From NCBI GenBank assembly GCA_964577535.1, contig CAZNZO010000003.1, forward strand, positions 69,620-133,619: DNA of 64,000 nt, in the 5' to 3' direction. The notes beneath the pieces were generated by a model that saw only the letters and a program-made list of their open reading frames with translations, was not told where the DNA came from and made no database searches. Positions 37,791 to 46,486 of the stretch are shown in pieces (within the stretch, counting starts at the first letter, position 1; each line of letters starts with the position of its first letter). A program made the position numbers and the translations under genes. The stretch is from an uncultured Oscillospiraceae bacterium (GTDB taxonomy: Bacteria > Bacillota > Clostridia > Christensenellales > CAG-314).

Positions 37791-39221
37791 ATGAGCAAAA
37801 ATAAAAACAAAATAACGAGAGACGAAAAGCGCCTTGAAAAGCAGCAACGTCGCTTGGAACAAAAACAATCAAAAAAGGAAAAACGGCTTGCAAAAGTTGA
37901 CGAAGAAACTGTGCTTAACGACAAGCTTACAGCCATTGCCAACAAACAGCGGTACGAAAAAAAGTGGTATAAGCTGGATAACGCCGCACTGATGTATCCG
38001 CTGGTTGCACGCAAGGAAAGCATTTCGGTTTTTCGCATTGCCGCACTACTGAAAGAGCCGGTGGACCCCATCACTTTGCAACACGCCGTGAACGACGTCT
38101 ACGTGCGCTTCCCTTCCATTTGCGGATGCGTTAAAAACGGTTGGTTTTGGCCATACATTGACAAGCCTGCCGTGCCCATTGTGGTGAAAGAGCAAACAAA
38201 AGTGCCCTGCCGCCCCATTCCGTTGGATGCAAGGCGCAGTCAAATTCGCGTGAACTATTTTCAAAACCAAATTGCCGTTGAGTTTTTCCATTCGGCAACC
38301 GATGGCGCTGGCGGAGTTATCTTTTTGAATTCCCTTTTGCGTTGCTATTTTGCAAGGCTTGGCATAGAAACGGAAAAAGTTAACTGCTACGACCACAGAG
38401 ACGTGCCCATTCTGGCGGAGTTTAGAGACAATTTTGCCAACATTGCCGTGGCACACAACCCACCACCATTGCCGCCCATTGTCAAAAGCAAAAGGCTGCA
38501 TGGCACAACAATGAAAAACAAAAAGTTTGTTACCACCTTTGGCATTTGTTCGGCAAAACAACTGCACGAACTGGCGCAAAGCCACAATGCAACGGTAACC
38601 GACTTTTTGAGCGCAGTGCAAATGCTGGCGCTGGACAAACTTTGCCAAGCCACAAACAACCGTGACGAACGCCCCATTCGCATTTTGATACCTGTGAATC
38701 TGCGCAAGCGCTACGGTGTGGAAACGCTTAGAAACTTTTCCAGCTATGTGTTTTACCAATACAACGGCCAAACGGATTTGGACGAGATTTTGGCGGACAT
38801 AAAAAAGCAAAAGCAAGAACAACTAACCGACGACTACTTCCGTGGAATGGTTAGCTACAACTACAACAGCGGCAACAATCCCATTTTGAAAATTGTTCCA
38901 CTAGGCATAAAGCGCGCCGTTATGAAAATTGTTGTTAGCGGCCGTTGCGACGGCGTTGTTAACTGCTCGACTCTTTCGAACCTGGGAAAGGTTGAAGCAC
39001 CCAAAGAATTTGCCGACCACGTTTTGCGCTACGAATTTTTGCTGGGCAAGCCGGCAAAAGGCACAAACAATTTCACAGCCGTTACCTATGGTGACACTTG
39101 CGTTATCACAATCACTTCCAAATACCTAGAAAACGATTGCGAACGGCATTTCTTCACCACTTTGGCGCAAATGGGACTGGATTTGGCGTTGGAAAGCGAC
39201 GTTTGGGAGGATGAAAAATGA
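37791..39221 (+). CDS. condensation/CAT-like acyltransferase (HxxxDG; alcohol-acetyltransferase or WS/DGAT-like) with a basic coiled N-terminal tail
   Basis: 476-aa ORF with the catalytic-type motif FHSATDGAGG. The N-terminal ~45 aa are K/R/E/Q-rich. Confidence 0.8.
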   Translation: MSKNKNKITRDEKRLEKQQRRLEQKQSKKEKRLAKVDEETVLNDKLTAIANKQRYEKKWYKLDNAALMYPLVARKESISVFRIAALLKEPVDPITLQHAVNDVYVRFPSICGCVKNGWFWPYIDKPAVPIVVKEQTKVPCRPIPLDARRSQIRVNYFQNQIAVEFFHSATDGAGGVIFLNSLLRCYFARLGIETEKVNCYDHRDVPILAEFRDNFANIAVAHNPPPLPPIVKSKRLHGTTMKNKKFVTTFGICSAKQLHELAQSHNATVTDFLSAVQMLALDKLCQATNNRDERPIRILIPVNLRKRYGVETLRNFSSYVFYQYNGQTDLDEILADIKKQKQEQLTDDYFRGMVSYNYNSGNNPILKIVPLGIKRAVMKIVVSGRCDGVVNCSTLSNLGKVEAPKEFADHVLRYEFLLGKPAKGTNNFTAVTYGDTCVITITSKYLENDCERHFFTTLAQMGLDLALESDVWEDEK

Positions 39222-39934
39222 AATATTGCCCAAAATGCAAGGTGAACGTCCACCATCAACTGCAAAATTGCCCTTTGTGCGGCGGATATTTGGACGAAAA
39301 AGATAACAACGAAAATTGCCAAACCTACGTGAACATGGACGACTGCGTGGCATATCCCGTGCTGCACGAAATGAAAAACGAAAGCTTTTTCCGCTTTAAG
39401 TTTAACCGCTTTTTGCTGATTTTGCTTGCGTTTTGCGTTGTGCTTAACATACTTATTACGCCGCAATCGCATTGGAGTGCATACGTTGCAATGGGTGTTG
39501 TGTTCACCATCTTTTGCATTATGACACCCATCAACGTGAAACACCGCTTGGCACGCTACGTGCGCACCGACGTAGTTGTGCTGACGGCGCTGGCCATTGG
39601 CATGGAATTTGCCGTTTGCGACGGAAAATTTAACTGGTTCACAGTGGAATACGTTTTGCCGTGGTTCTACGTGGCGGCCATTGTGCTGACGGATATTTTT
39701 ATTGCATCTATGCACCGCCGCAACAAACAATTGTTTTCTACGCTTATTTTCTGCACCGTGTTTGCAATTATTCCGCAAATTGTGCTATGGATAACGTCGG
39801 CAACGGAAGTTTACACCCCAAAAACAGCAATTAACTTTGTTGTGTTTTTTGCATCCATTTTGAATTTGCTGGCCGTGTTCCTTATTTGGAGCCGCTGGCT
39901 TAAGGAAGAAATGGAACGCAACATGAGCGTTTAG
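39218..39934 (+). CDS. zinc-ribbon membrane protein (DUF6320-like)
   Basis: The N-terminus is MKYCPKCKVNVHHQLQNCPLCGGYL (CPxC...CPxC), followed by about 5 TM helices. The start overlaps the upstream stop (ATGA). Confidence 0.8.
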   Translation: MKYCPKCKVNVHHQLQNCPLCGGYLDEKDNNENCQTYVNMDDCVAYPVLHEMKNESFFRFKFNRFLLILLAFCVVLNILITPQSHWSAYVAMGVVFTIFCIMTPINVKHRLARYVRTDVVVLTALAIGMEFAVCDGKFNWFTVEYVLPWFYVAAIVLTDIFIASMHRRNKQLFSTLIFCTVFAIIPQIVLWITSATEVYTPKTAINFVVFFASILNLLAVFLIWSRWLKEEMERNMSV

Positions 39935-40237
39935 TTGCACCATGACTGGCCACAAAAGGCAAAAGGCTTGCCGCGTTGCGTTTTTGAAGAAGAGTTTTCA
40001 AGCGCGCGGTGGTTTCCGTACATGACAAGGCGCACGACAAAAATTTTGAAAAGACAAAACTGCAAGTGAAAATTTTGTTTTTGAAAAAATAGAGAAAGCA
40101 TTCCCCCAAAAAGCAAAATAACACTGCCAAAAAGATATATTTTGGGAAATAATAAAGAAAAATGGCCTTGCAATTGCAAAATTGCAGAAAACCATTGACA
40201 AAAAATTGAACTCAACAAAAGCAAACGAAGGTTGAAA

Positions 40238-40690
40238 ATGAGAAAAAAACTGACATTTTCGATAATCTTGATGGCATCTTCGGCAATGCTTGTTGCATTG
40301 TGCGTTGTTTTGCTGAACGTAAATTCGCTGGTGGCCAACCAAGATAACCAGGCTTCCACCGCCATTTTGTCGTGGGCTTTTTTGGGAATTGCACACTTCA
40401 TTTGGCCGATTTTGGCGTTGCTTTATTTGGTGCTTGCGATAATTGCACTAAAAACAAAAAGCATTGTCACAGCAAAATGGGAAAGTTTGTTGCTGATGGT
40501 TGTTAGCTTGGCTGCACTGCCGCTGTGCATTATTTCTTCTGCGCTGACATTCAAACTTGCGCCGTTTTCGGCCGTTATGGGCGTGTTTCAGGCTTTTGGA
40601 ATTGCCGCACACATTGCCGCAACAGTGACATCCATTGTGGTTTTTACCAAAACAAAAGGCAAACAAGACAAACAAAACGACCTGGAATGA
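40238..40690 (+). CDS. small 4-TM membrane protein (unknown function)
   Basis: ATG 40238 lies 6 nt after GAAGG. The protein is hydrophobic with a basic C-terminus. Confidence 0.7.
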   Translation: MRKKLTFSIILMASSAMLVALCVVLLNVNSLVANQDNQASTAILSWAFLGIAHFIWPILALLYLVLAIIALKTKSIVTAKWESLLLMVVSLAALPLCIISSALTFKLAPFSAVMGVFQAFGIAAHIAATVTSIVVFTKTKGKQDKQNDLE

Positions 40691-40714
40691 GCGCAGGCAT
40701 GCAATGTGATTGTT

Positions 40715-40746
40715 GAAAGATAGCGATTTTTCGCTATCTTTTTTGT
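40715..40746 (+). terminator. intrinsic terminator
   Basis: Stem GAAAGATAGCGA/TCGCTATCTTTT (40715-40726 / 40731-40742), loop TTTT, followed by a T-run. Confidence 0.75.
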
Positions 40747-40769
40747 TCCTACAAACTGCGCTCAAAAGC

Positions 40770-40822
40770 AAATAAAAATATTAGGGAGGGATAGTTTCGG
40801 CTATACCCCCCCCCACTTTTTT
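40770..40822 (-). terminator. G/C-rich hairpin terminator downstream of the SHOCT gene (T-runs on both strands)
   Basis: gggagggatag-tttcgg-ctataccccccc (40784-40814). The minus-strand RNA would be followed by UAAUAUUUUUAUUU. Confidence 0.55.
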
Positions 40823-40844
40823 TCTTTAACTACTAGAAGCCCAA

Positions 40845-41300
40845 CTATTCTTTCTTTTTAGTGTCGAATTCTTCTTGTGAAATTATTCCGCTATCAAGCA
40901 ATTCCTTGAATTTTTTCAACTCATCAGCAGGCGAAAGTGCTGCTGTGGGATTGTTTCGTTGCTGCTTGTAGTAGGCAATTCTATCCTTGATATATTGGTA
41001 AGCCTTTTCAAACTCTTCAATATCTGTCAAACCTTTCATAATGATGAATGTGTTTTCACTATCGAAGTTTCTTCTTCCATTATTGGATCCTGGATACTTA
41101 AATTGAATAAAGCCATTCACCAGTCTGGTCGCTTTCTTATATTGAACGGCTGTCAAATCGGAATAATAAAATTCTTTACTTCCGCTAAAAGCTCTACCGC
41201 CAAGGAATCCTAACAACGTTTTCTTTCCAGTTATAACGCAGTGATCTTCAAATACCGATAGTTTTGCAACATTTCCATCTAACTCAAATAATGCATCCAT
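40845..41300 (-). CDS. bacterial PH-like domain plus C-terminal SHOCT domain protein
   Basis: The start is set at ATG 41298-41300 (MDALFELDG) behind an AGGAG SD. The C-terminus ELKKFKELLDSGIISQEEFDTKKKE is a SHOCT signature. Confidence 0.8.
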   Translation of the reverse strand: MDALFELDGNVAKLSVFEDHCVITGKKTLLGFLGGRAFSGSKEFYYSDLTAVQYKKATRLVNGFIQFKYPGSNNGRRNFDSENTFIIMKGLTDIEEFEKAYQYIKDRIAYYKQQRNNPTAALSPADELKKFKELLDSGIISQEEFDTKKKE

Positions 41301-41318
41301 GTTCTCTTCTCCTCTTGT

Positions 41319-41354
41319 ATAAAATAAAAAGTGCGCCAACCGAAGTTAACGCAC
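41319..41354 (-). terminator. strong intrinsic terminator 18 nt upstream of the SHOCT gene's ATG
   Basis: The minus-strand RNA is GUGCGUUAAC-UUCG-GUUGGCGCAC: a 10-bp stem with 2 G.U pairs and a UUCG tetraloop. It is followed by UUUUUAUUUUAU. Confidence 0.8.
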
Positions 41355-41378
41355 CGAAAAACGCAAACCCCGATTGTC

Positions 41379-41535
41379 GCCAAACAAATCGAAGATAGAA
41401 GAGGGACGAATCCTTTGTGTCCTAACCCGCGGAATTTGCGCTTTTACCAAATTTCATCAAAGATTAGGTTGCACGAAAAAGATAGACTTATCCCTAAAAG
41501 AAACGTCCACCTCAAAAATATTCGATTTGTTTGGC
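41379..41535. other. 157-nt element closed by a perfect 15-bp inverted repeat (candidate structured RNA or MITE-like element)
   Basis: gccaaacaaatcgaa (41379-41393) pairs with ttcgatttgtttggc (41521-41535). The helix is extended by gagggacg / cgtc-ca-cctc. Confidence 0.6.
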
Positions 41536-41662
41536 ATATTCACTATATCACATACAAAGATTTTTCAAGTGCTTTACAAATAAAAACTCTACACCAACAA
41601 AACTTTGCGAATGAACACACGATGCAAAAGGCGTTGATACTCCACGCCCCTCGGGCGGCACG

Positions 41663-42004
41663 CTAGAAGCCAAGGCTTACTAGCAAAGCGTTATCTATTT
41701 TTTGCATAACTTCGGCGGGCAATTCGCCAATTTTATCCTTCAAGCGGCTTTTATCGATGGTGCGAATTTGCTCCAACAACACGACGGAATCCTTTGGCAA
41801 GGGCGTTTCCGCACGAGAAAGCCCAACGTGCGTGGGCAATTTGGCCTTATAGAGTCGCGAAGTTGTTGCCGCCGCAATCACGGTTGGGCTAAACTTGTTG
41901 CCGACGTCGTTTTGCAACACCACAATGGGGCGTATTCCACCTTGCTCGCTACCCACAACAGGGTTCAAATCTGCGTAATAAACTTCTCCTCGTTTAACTG
42001 TCAT
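41663..42004 (-). CDS. mazF: MazF/EndoA-type endoribonuclease toxin
   Basis: [43 protein letters not shown]...[13 protein letters not shown] closely matches B. subtilis EndoA as I recall it. The start is set at ATG 42002-42004 behind GAGGGG. Confidence 0.9.
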   Translation of the reverse strand: MTVKRGEVYYADLNPVVGSEQGGIRPIVVLQNDVGNKFSPTVIAAATTSRLYKAKLPTHVGLSRAETPLPKDSVVLLEQIRTIDKSRLKDKIGELPAEVMQKIDNALLVSLGF

Positions 42005-42698
42005 TTTAGTCCCCTCAATTTTGGGCAAACACTCTTTTGCACGAACAGCAGACATTTTCCGCGCCGCTTGTTTGCACGTGACAGCGGACATTAGCGCACT
42101 TGAAAATGCGTTTTGCCAGGCATTTTGACGTTAGCTGCGGCTTATTACACAATGCATAAAATTCTGTTTGATGCGCCGAAGGCACAAACACACAACGCTT
42201 TGTAGTTTTGCACAAGAAGTTAAAAGATAGCGGCAGTTCTTCAAAGATTTTGCAGAATGGCAAAATAGTTACTGCGAACAGCACACAATGCAATAAGTTT
42301 TGTTTTGCTTGCAGGCATGGAAAACTTTTTTGCTCTGCGTGTTTCAAGTGCCAAAACCACAGTTGTGCAAAGTTTTTGCTGCATGGCAAAAAATTTACTT
42401 TGGCTAGTATACACTATGTAACAATTGCAAAAAGTGTTAGCACGGTTATTGTTGCCAACAACACGTTTGCATATACTTAAACTAGAAAACCCGATCGCAC
42501 CACCTCCCAAACGTTTTTTGTTGAACACACCCCACACCGAAAACCACAAGCAAAACCGCAAAACAAACACGAAAAACAAACAATGTTGCAAAAATATAGA
42601 ATAAGCAAAAAGCGCAACTAATTAACAACGACAAACACAAACTAAAAAAGTTGCACGACTTTGCAAAATCAAAAGCCCAACAAACCGCAAAAAACGCA

Positions 42699-42736
42699 AC
42701 AAAAAAAGACGCACTGCACAGTAGCAATGCGTCTTT
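42699..42736 (-). terminator. valS intrinsic terminator
   Basis: Stem AAGACGCA/TGCGTCTT (42706-42713 / 42728-42735), followed by UUUUUUU on the minus strand. Confidence 0.65.
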
Positions 42737-42750
42737 TGACTGCAAAAAAA

Positions 42751-45366
42751 CTATTTAAGTTCGTCCAATCTTGCCAAAAGTTCCTTGTGCAAATCTTGGA
42801 ATTTTTGCAACTTCGCCTTTTCGTTTTCTACCAAAGCGGCGGGGGCTTTAGCAATGAAGCCGGCGTTGCTGAGTTTGCCGTTTGCACGAGCAATTTCGCT
42901 TTCGACGTTTTCCAATTCCTTTTTCAAACGCAAAATTTCCTTTTCGGCATCCACCAAATCGCCCAAGGGCACTTCGCAAGTTGCGGCGGCACACACCACT
43001 TTTACAACCTTTTCGCCCTGCGGAGCCACGCCGTGAACAACTTCTTCCAAGTTGCACAGTTTTGCCAAATACAAATCGCATTCGTTCAAGCGAGCATCGG
43101 AGGAGGTGAGATAGGTGCGAATGCGCTTAGAGGGCGCCACGCCATATTCCGTGCGAACGTTGCGCAGTTTTGCAACAACTTCTTTAAGTTCTTCCACCAA
43201 ACGGCAATCATCTTCAAAATTCAAGCTTTGGTCAACTTCGGGATAGCGTTGAATCATGATGCTTTCGCCGTGGAAAGGCAACGACTGATAGATTTCTTCG
43301 GTGATGAAGGGCACGAAAGGATGCAACAACTTCAAAATCTTATCCAGCACAAAGTTCAAAACGGAAAGGGTGTCGCAACGAGCTTGATCGTCGGTGCCAT
43401 ACAGCACAGGTTTGGTAAGTTCGATGTACCAATCGCAGAATTCGCTCCAAACAAAATCGAACAGTGTTTGACAAGCCAAACCAAGTTCGTATTTTTCCAT
43501 AAGGTCGGTAACTTCCTTGGCGACAGCGTTAAGTTTGGTCAAAATCCACTTATCCGCCAAAGTTAGGTGGCAGGTTGAAATATCTTGTTTTAGTTGTTTG
43601 CCTTCGCAATTCATCAAAACAAAGCGGCTTGCGTTCCAAATTTTGTTCATGAAATTGCGTGTTCCGTCAATTTTATCGGGCGAAAAACGAATGTCCGAAC
43701 CGTTTGCAACGCCGTTTAGCAATGCGAAACGCAAAGTGTCGGCGCCGTATTTATCGATGAAATCCACAGGGTCAACGCCGTTGCCCAACGATTTGCTCAT
43801 TTTGCGGCCTTGTTCGTCACGAACAATACCGTGCATCAAAACGTCGTGGAAAGGCACTTCGCCGGTGGCATAGAGGGAACTGAAAATCATGCGGGCAACC
43901 CAGAAGAAAATGATGTCGTAGCCGCAGGAAAGCACGCTTGTGGGAAAGAACGCTTTGAAATCGGGGCTTCCGCTGCAATAGCCTAGCGTTGAAAACGGCC
44001 ACAGTGCGCTGGAGAACCAGGTATCCAAAACGTCTTCGTCTTGGTGCAAATGGTTGCCGCCACACTTCGGGCAAACGGTGGGGTCGGTTTCTTGGCAAAT
44101 TTCGGCGCCACAATCGGGGCAATACCACACTGGGATGCGGTGTCCCCACCACAATTGACGGGAAATGCACCAATCCTTGATGTTTTCCATCCAGTTGTAG
44201 TAGATTTTTTCGAAACGTTCGGGGTGGAATTTGATTTCGCCCTTCTTAACTGCTTCGATGGCGGGTTTTGCAAGCACGTCCATTTTGACAAACCATTGCT
44301 TGGAAACAATTGGTTCCACTGTTGTGTGGCAACGATAGCAACTGCCAACGTTGTGTTTGTGCGGCTCTACCTTTTGCAAAATGCCCATTTCTTTTAGCTT
44401 GGCAACAATACGTTTGCGCGCTTCGTAGCGATCAAGTCCGGCAAATTCGCCGGCATTTTCGTTCATGGTGCCGTCGTCGTTCATAACGCGAATGACAGGC
44501 AAATTGTGTCTTACGCCCACTTCGAAGTCGTTGGGATCGTGCGCAGGGGTGATTTTTACCACGCCTGTTCCAAAACTCATATCAACGTATTCGTCGGCAA
44601 TGACGGGAATTTCGCGGTTGACAAAGGGCACGACAACAGTTTTGCCCACCAAATGTTTGTAGCGTTCGTCGTTGGGGTTTACGGCAACGGCGGTATCGCC
44701 AAGCATTGTTTCGGGACGAGTGGTTGCAAAAGTTACGGTAGTTTTGCCATCCGTTGTGGTATAGCCATAGTGCCAAAAATGGCCGTCTTGTTCGGCATAT
44801 TCCACTTCTGCATCGGAAAGCGCCGTTTGGCAGGTGGGGCACCAGTTAATGATGCGGTCGCCACGGTAGATTAGGCCTTGATTATACATTCTTACAAAGG
44901 CTTGGCGCACTGCTTTGCTGCAATTTTCGTCCATGGTGAAGGCAAGGCGAGTCCAGTCGCAACTGCTACCCAAATATTTTAGTTGTTCAACAATGCGGCC
45001 ACCGTATTTTTCTTTCCATTCCCAGGCACGCTTCAAAAAACCTTCGCGACCCAAATCGTGCTTGTCGATGCCTTCCTTTTTTAGCGCTTCGACAATTTTA
45101 ACTTCCGTTGCAATGCTGGCGTGATCCACACCTGGCAACCACAACGTGTTGAAACCTTGCATGCGCTTGAAACGGATAAGACTATCCTGAATGGCGTTAT
45201 CCAAGCCGTGACCAAGGTGCAACTGCCCTGTGATGTTGGGCGGCGGCGTGACCATTGAAAAGTGCGGTTTGTCGCTTTCCGCTTTGGGGGTGAAATAGCC
45301 TTGATCCATCCACCAGCGATACAAATCTCTTTCGAAAAGATTGGGTTGATAAGTTTTTTCTATCAT
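42751..45366 (-). CDS. valS: valine--tRNA ligase
   Basis: Contains HIGH (PNITGQLHLGHG), KMSKS (KMSKSLGN) and a C-terminal coiled coil. The start is set at ATG 45364-45366 (MIEKTYQPNLFE) behind GGGAGAA. Confidence 0.97.
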   Translation of the reverse strand: MIEKTYQPNLFERDLYRWWMDQGYFTPKAESDKPHFSMVTPPPNITGQLHLGHGLDNAIQDSLIRFKRMQGFNTLWLPGVDHASIATEVKIVEALKKEGIDKHDLGREGFLKRAWEWKEKYGGRIVEQLKYLGSSCDWTRLAFTMDENCSKAVRQAFVRMYNQGLIYRGDRIINWCPTCQTALSDAEVEYAEQDGHFWHYGYTTTDGKTTVTFATTRPETMLGDTAVAVNPNDERYKHLVGKTVVVPFVNREIPVIADEYVDMSFGTGVVKITPAHDPNDFEVGVRHNLPVIRVMNDDGTMNENAGEFAGLDRYEARKRIVAKLKEMGILQKVEPHKHNVGSCYRCHTTVEPIVSKQWFVKMDVLAKPAIEAVKKGEIKFHPERFEKIYYNWMENIKDWCISRQLWWGHRIPVWYCPDCGAEICQETDPTVCPKCGGNHLHQDEDVLDTWFSSALWPFSTLGYCSGSPDFKAFFPTSVLSCGYDIIFFWVARMIFSSLYATGEVPFHDVLMHGIVRDEQGRKMSKSLGNGVDPVDFIDKYGADTLRFALLNGVANGSDIRFSPDKIDGTRNFMNKIWNASRFVLMNCEGKQLKQDISTCHLTLADKWILTKLNAVAKEVTDLMEKYELGLACQTLFDFVWSEFCDWYIELTKPVLYGTDDQARCDTLSVLNFVLDKILKLLHPFVPFITEEIYQSLPFHGESIMIQRYPEVDQSLNFEDDCRLVEELKEVVAKLRNVRTEYGVAPSKRIRTYLTSSDARLNECDLYLAKLCNLEEVVHGVAPQGEKVVKVVCAAATCEVPLGDLVDAEKEILRLKKELENVESEIARANGKLSNAGFIAKAPAALVENEKAKLQKFQDLHKELLARLDELK

Positions 45367-45403
45367 AATTTTCTCCCGTGGCAGCAAAAACTGCCAAATA
45401 AAA

Positions 45404-45625
45404 TAAAAAAACGACCTTGCTCCATCAAAGGGCAAACGGTCGTTGCGGTACCACCTTCGTTCCGATTTTGGCATGCCAAAAATCGCTCGTTAAAGTTTTT
45501 AACGGAACAACCCGAGCAAAACTACTTTCGCAAAAATGCGCCGTTTCGTTTTGCCAACAAACAAACTACATTTTGCACCTTTCGACACGGAATTTTCACC
45601 ACAGTCCGCTCTCTTTAGACGAAAA
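45404..45625 (-). promoter_or_regulatory. T-box riboswitch leader of valS
   Basis: The minus strand has AGAGAG...GGTGAAAA stem-I elements (from about 45614 downward) and an AGTAG box. The T-box sequence is AACGAAGGTGGTACCGCAAC (core 45445-45455). It overlaps the terminator stem ACGACC/GGTCGT (45411-45416 / 45439-45444) followed by a U7 run. Confidence 0.85.
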
Positions 45626-45662
45626 ACTTGCAAAACCTTTTGTTTTTGGTTTTTACTATTTA

Positions 45663-45692
45663 ATTTTAGCACATTGCTAGGCAAATTGGCAA
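45663..45692 (-). promoter_or_regulatory. valS promoter: TTGCCA-18-(TGc)TAAAAT
   Basis: Minus strand; the -10 is at 45663-45668 with a TG extension and the -35 at 45687-45692. This gives a leader of about 290 nt. Confidence 0.5.
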
Positions 45693-46053
45693 GCGTTTTT
45701 TGCCATGCCGCAAGACACAAAATGCGCTTTGTGGCAAGTTGCAGATTTTCGGCTGAGTTGCAGCGGCCCAAAATGCACAAATGGGCATAGTTTTTGATGA
45801 ATAACTGCGCAGATGCAGCAGGTAGACAATGGCTTTTAGGAGAGAGGAAACACGTTTGTTGCCAAAAAAACTTTGTTACAAATAGGGAAATGATTTTTGA
45901 TGAGTGCACTAGCTGTTAGCTTCCCACATTGTTAGGTGGGCAATGGCTTTTTGGGGCGGGTGTGAACTAGCAGTGCCGGCGAATATCACGGCCAAAACAG
46001 CACGTTAACGTGGTTTTTGCAAGCCTCAATGCAAAAATGCCCCAAAACCACCA

Positions 46054-46335
46054 TTAGGCGCGGCACTCAGCAATAAGCACATCCACTATATCCCGAACTT
46101 CGGCGCGCAGTGCACTGCCGCTGTGGCCGTTGGCAAAGGCAGAACTGCGTTTGTTGACAATGGTATCCCAAACGTCAACGTCCAGTTTTGCGCCGCTTGT
46201 TTTGACAATGAGTTGCAAACCGTTGTGCAAATTTTGCGTGAACACCCAAACGCCCTTTTCGTTTTGGCAAAAGCCGTTTTGGGAAAGTTTTTCCGGAGAA
46301 AGTTGCACATTGGAAATTAAGTACGAATAATTCAT
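46054..46335 (-). CDS. hypothetical 93-aa protein
   Basis: ATG 46333-46335 lies behind an AGGTGA SD, with an extended -10 TGCTAAAAT just upstream. I do not recognise a family. Confidence 0.6.
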   Translation of the reverse strand: MNYSYLISNVQLSPEKLSQNGFCQNEKGVWVFTQNLHNGLQLIVKTSGAKLDVDVWDTIVNKRSSAFANGHSGSALRAEVRDIVDVLIAECRA

Positions 46336-46486
46336 TTTTATCACCTGCGTTAATTTTAGCACAAAAATTGTTTGACGTCAGCAACTTGCCAAAAAATTTA
46401 GAAACAATTTGTTGGGGCAAAACTTTTCACCTTTTTTGCGAAAAAACAATAGTATGCAGTATACAAAAAATAAAAGGGGAAAGTTT

